A DNA stretch of 38,941 bases from Candidatus Curtissbacteria bacterium RIFCSPLOWO2_02_FULL_40_11 (GTDB lineage Bacteria; Patescibacteriota; Microgenomatia; Curtissbacterales; GWA2-41-24): contig MFBV01000044.1 of assembly GCA_001776505.1 (NCBI GenBank), positions 1-38,941 on the forward strand. Reading direction: 5' to 3'. A program made the translations under genes and the position numbers. Positions 36,890 to 38,941 of the stretch are shown piece after piece. The notes under the pieces are model-generated. The model made no database searches and had not been told where the DNA came from. It saw nothing but the letters and a program-made list of their open reading frames with translations. Each line of letters begins with the position of its first letter. Position 1 is the first letter of the stretch.

Positions 36890-37372
36890 CTAGTTGCTAA
36901 GGATAATTATCCCCTCTCGCCAGCCACCGGGGTCTTTGATTATTTGGTCATCGCGGGTGTAGATGTGCGAAGTTATGGCAATTGCTTTGTTTTGGAAGGA
37001 TGCAGGGATTTGCCAGTTGAGAGTAAATGGCGCTGATACTTTTTCCCCAATCACCTGCCACTGGCCATCGGCATAAGTTTTGGCCCAAAACTGGACCTTG
37101 ACTACATTTTCCTGATCGTCGACTGAGAGGCTGATCGGCAAAGTTGAATCTCTGATAATATCACCCGCTTGTGGTGTAGTAATTGTGCCGCCTTCACTGA
37201 ATTCTTGCTGATTTTGTTGAAGAATTGTCGTTTGCTTTTGAGTCAGAGGTTTCGCAATTAAGAAAATAATAACGAGGCCAAAAATTACCAGAGCAACTAC
37301 ACCGATTGGGTTTATAGGCCAACCTTTTTCTGTCTTTTCTATGGGGCCGCGTTTTTCTTTTACTTCTGCCAT
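36890..37372 (-). CDS. Membrane-anchored protein with a probable Ig-like domain
   Basis: TM helix, then ITTPQAGD..V..VQFW..APFTLNW pattern; start taken at MAEVKE. Confidence 0.65.
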   Translation of the reverse strand: MAEVKEKRGPIEKTEKGWPINPIGVVALVIFGLVIIFLIAKPLTQKQTTILQQNQQEFSEGGTITTPQAGDIIRDSTLPISLSVDDQENVVKVQFWAKTYADGQWQVIGEKVSAPFTLNWQIPASFQNKAIAITSHIYTRDDQIIKDPGGWREGIIILSN

Positions 37373-37452
37373 CTCTGGCAAATTATACCAAATCGACCCC
37401 CTGTCAAATTGATGAGATTTAGGTTAAAATAGGCACACTTTCTCTTCGATTT

Positions 37453-38941
37453 ATGGCTATTTTAAAATTATTTGGGCAGATTACGACAAAAATTATTGGA
37501 TTCTTAATTGGATTTTTGACCTGGTTCATTCGCTTGGTAACTTTTTTTGGTGATGTCACAATTTGGACTTTAAAGCAGTTTTCAAAAGCAATTGTCGCAG
37601 TTTTCAAAAAAGCCAGGTTTGATCTTCTTAAATTAAAACCTGTTAAAGCAACAAGAAAAACACTTAAACACCCGCTTATTCATCAGGACAGAAGCTTTAA
37701 GGTAGGACTAGCCACGATTTTTATTTTAATAACAGTGAGCTGGTTTATAACTCGCGATTTACCAAGTCCTAAGCAGCTCGAAAATCGAGAGATCCCGCAA
37801 ACTACAAAAATTTATGACAGAAATGGCGAGCTTTTATTTAATGTTTATACAGATGAAAACAGGACTCTTGTTCCTTTGAGTGAAGTTCCCCAACATATGA
37901 TTCGGGCGACACTGGCAATTGAGGATAAAGATTTTTATAAGCACAAAGGCTTTGATATTTACGGAATAGTTAGAGCATTTAATAAAACAGTGTTTCAGGG
38001 TACTTTGCAAGGTGGCTCGACAATTACCCAACAGCTCGTTAAAAGTGTTTTTTTGACGCCAGAGCGAACAATCGATCGAAAGCTAAAAGAGCTATATTTA
38101 GCATTTCGAGTCGAAATGGCCTTCCCAAAAGACAGAATTTTGGAAATGTATTTGAACCAAGTTCCTTTTGGCGGAACTGCTTGGGGGGTTGCAGCTGCCG
38201 CTGAACAATATTTTGGCAAAGAAGTTAAAGATTTAACTCTTGCAGAGAGTGCAATGCTTGCTGGTTTGCCGGCCGCACCGAGTTATTATTCACCTTTTGG
38301 GCAAGATCCAACGCGAGCCAAAACTCGTCAGATTTTGGTTTTGAATCGAATGATCGAAGAAGGTTATATAACTCGCGATGAAGCAGAAATCGTTTCAAAA
38401 GAAGAACTCAAATTTCAAGAGGCAAGAATAGATATAAAAGCACCACACTTTGTAATGTTTGTAAGGGAATTTCTAGCAGAAAAATACGGTGAGACTGTTG
38501 CAGCACATGGCGGATTGAAAGTAACTACTTCGCTTGATCTAGGAATTCAGGAAGAAGCACAAAAAATTGTGGCCGACAATGTAAATGGACTTTCCAGCTT
38601 CAACGTTGGGAACGGTGCGGCTCTTGTGACAAAACCAAAAAGTGGAGAAATTTTAGCAATGGTCGGTAGTAAGGATTTCTTTGATGTTGAGAATGACGGC
38701 AATGTAAATGTAACCGTTGCGCTGCGGCAGCCTGGATCTTCTATTAAGCCGGTAAATTATGCAACTGCCCTGGAGCGAAAATTAATCACCCCAGCAACAA
38801 TTATTATCGATTCACCGACAACTTTTTCCGGTGGACCAAAACCATATAGACCAGTTAATTACGATGGTAAGTATCATGGGGCTGTTTCTGCGCGAGAAGC
38901 CCTCGCGAACTCATACAATATTCCGGCAGTAAAAGTTCTGG
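37453..38941 (+). CDS. Class A penicillin-binding protein (PBP1A), truncated by window end
   Basis: Absent from the ORF track; translated by hand: IEDKDFYKHKG, QGGSTITQQLVK, RKLKE, QPGSSIKP (SxxK), NSYN. Confidence 0.95.
   Translation, partial: MAILKLFGQITTKIIGFLIGFLTWFIRLVTFFGDVTIWTLKQFSKAIVAVFKKARFDLLKLKPVKATRKTLKHPLIHQDRSFKVGLATIFILITVSWFITRDLPSPKQLENREIPQTTKIYDRNGELLFNVYTDENRTLVPLSEVPQHMIRATLAIEDKDFYKHKGFDIYGIVRAFNKTVFQGTLQGGSTITQQLVKSVFLTPERTIDRKLKELYLAFRVEMAFPKDRILEMYLNQVPFGGTAWGVAAAAEQYFGKEVKDLTLAESAMLAGLPAAPSYYSPFGQDPTRAKTRQILVLNRMIEEGYITRDEAEIVSKEELKFQEARIDIKAPHFVMFVREFLAEKYGETVAAHGGLKVTTSLDLGIQEEAQKIVADNVNGLSSFNVGNGAALVTKPKSGEILAMVGSKDFFDVENDGNVNVTVALRQPGSSIKPVNYATALERKLITPATIIIDSPTTFSGGPKPYRPVNYDGKYHGAVSAREALANSYNIPAVKVL

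Noticed and set aside
1562-38219. Many antisense or overlapping ORFs in the track (e.g. 2485-2874, 5218-5628, 26209-26583, 37419-38219)
   Set aside because: They are shadows of well-supported genes on the opposite strand or in another frame, with no recognisable motifs.

Overview
AT-rich bacterial chromosome segment whose gene set and style suggest a CPR/Patescibacteria (Microgenomates-like) genome (inference). Evidence: short IF-2, Lon AAA+ without a protease domain, a DHH-like protein beside infB, and little Shine-Dalgarno use. The backbone is housekeeping: pnp, rpsO, infB, nusA, hrcA-grpE-dnaK-dnaJ with CIRCE, lepA, murJ, rpsT, ispG, LCP, tpiA, trxA, two UvrD-family helicases, FemAB, rmuC and a partial PBP1A. 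Main discovery: five conserved genes (rpsO twice, lepA, rpsT, the UvrD-nuclease, rmuC) are followed by a synonymously recoded, displaced copy of their own 3' end. Between the active and displaced ends lies either a toxin-antitoxin module (lepA, rmuC) or a short hairpin site (rpsO, rpsT, UvrD-nuclease). In the hairpin cases a 10-13 bp reverse complement of the duplication junction overlaps the stop codon, the geometry of integron cassette core/inverse-core sites. This points to a possibly undescribed 'gene-tail replacement cassette' system. Also present are a decayed diversity-generating retroelement (target gene with a VR-like tail plus a truncated RT, no TR) and several REP-like palindrome and 7-9-mer periodic repeat families, some inserted in frame into LepA and both helicases.
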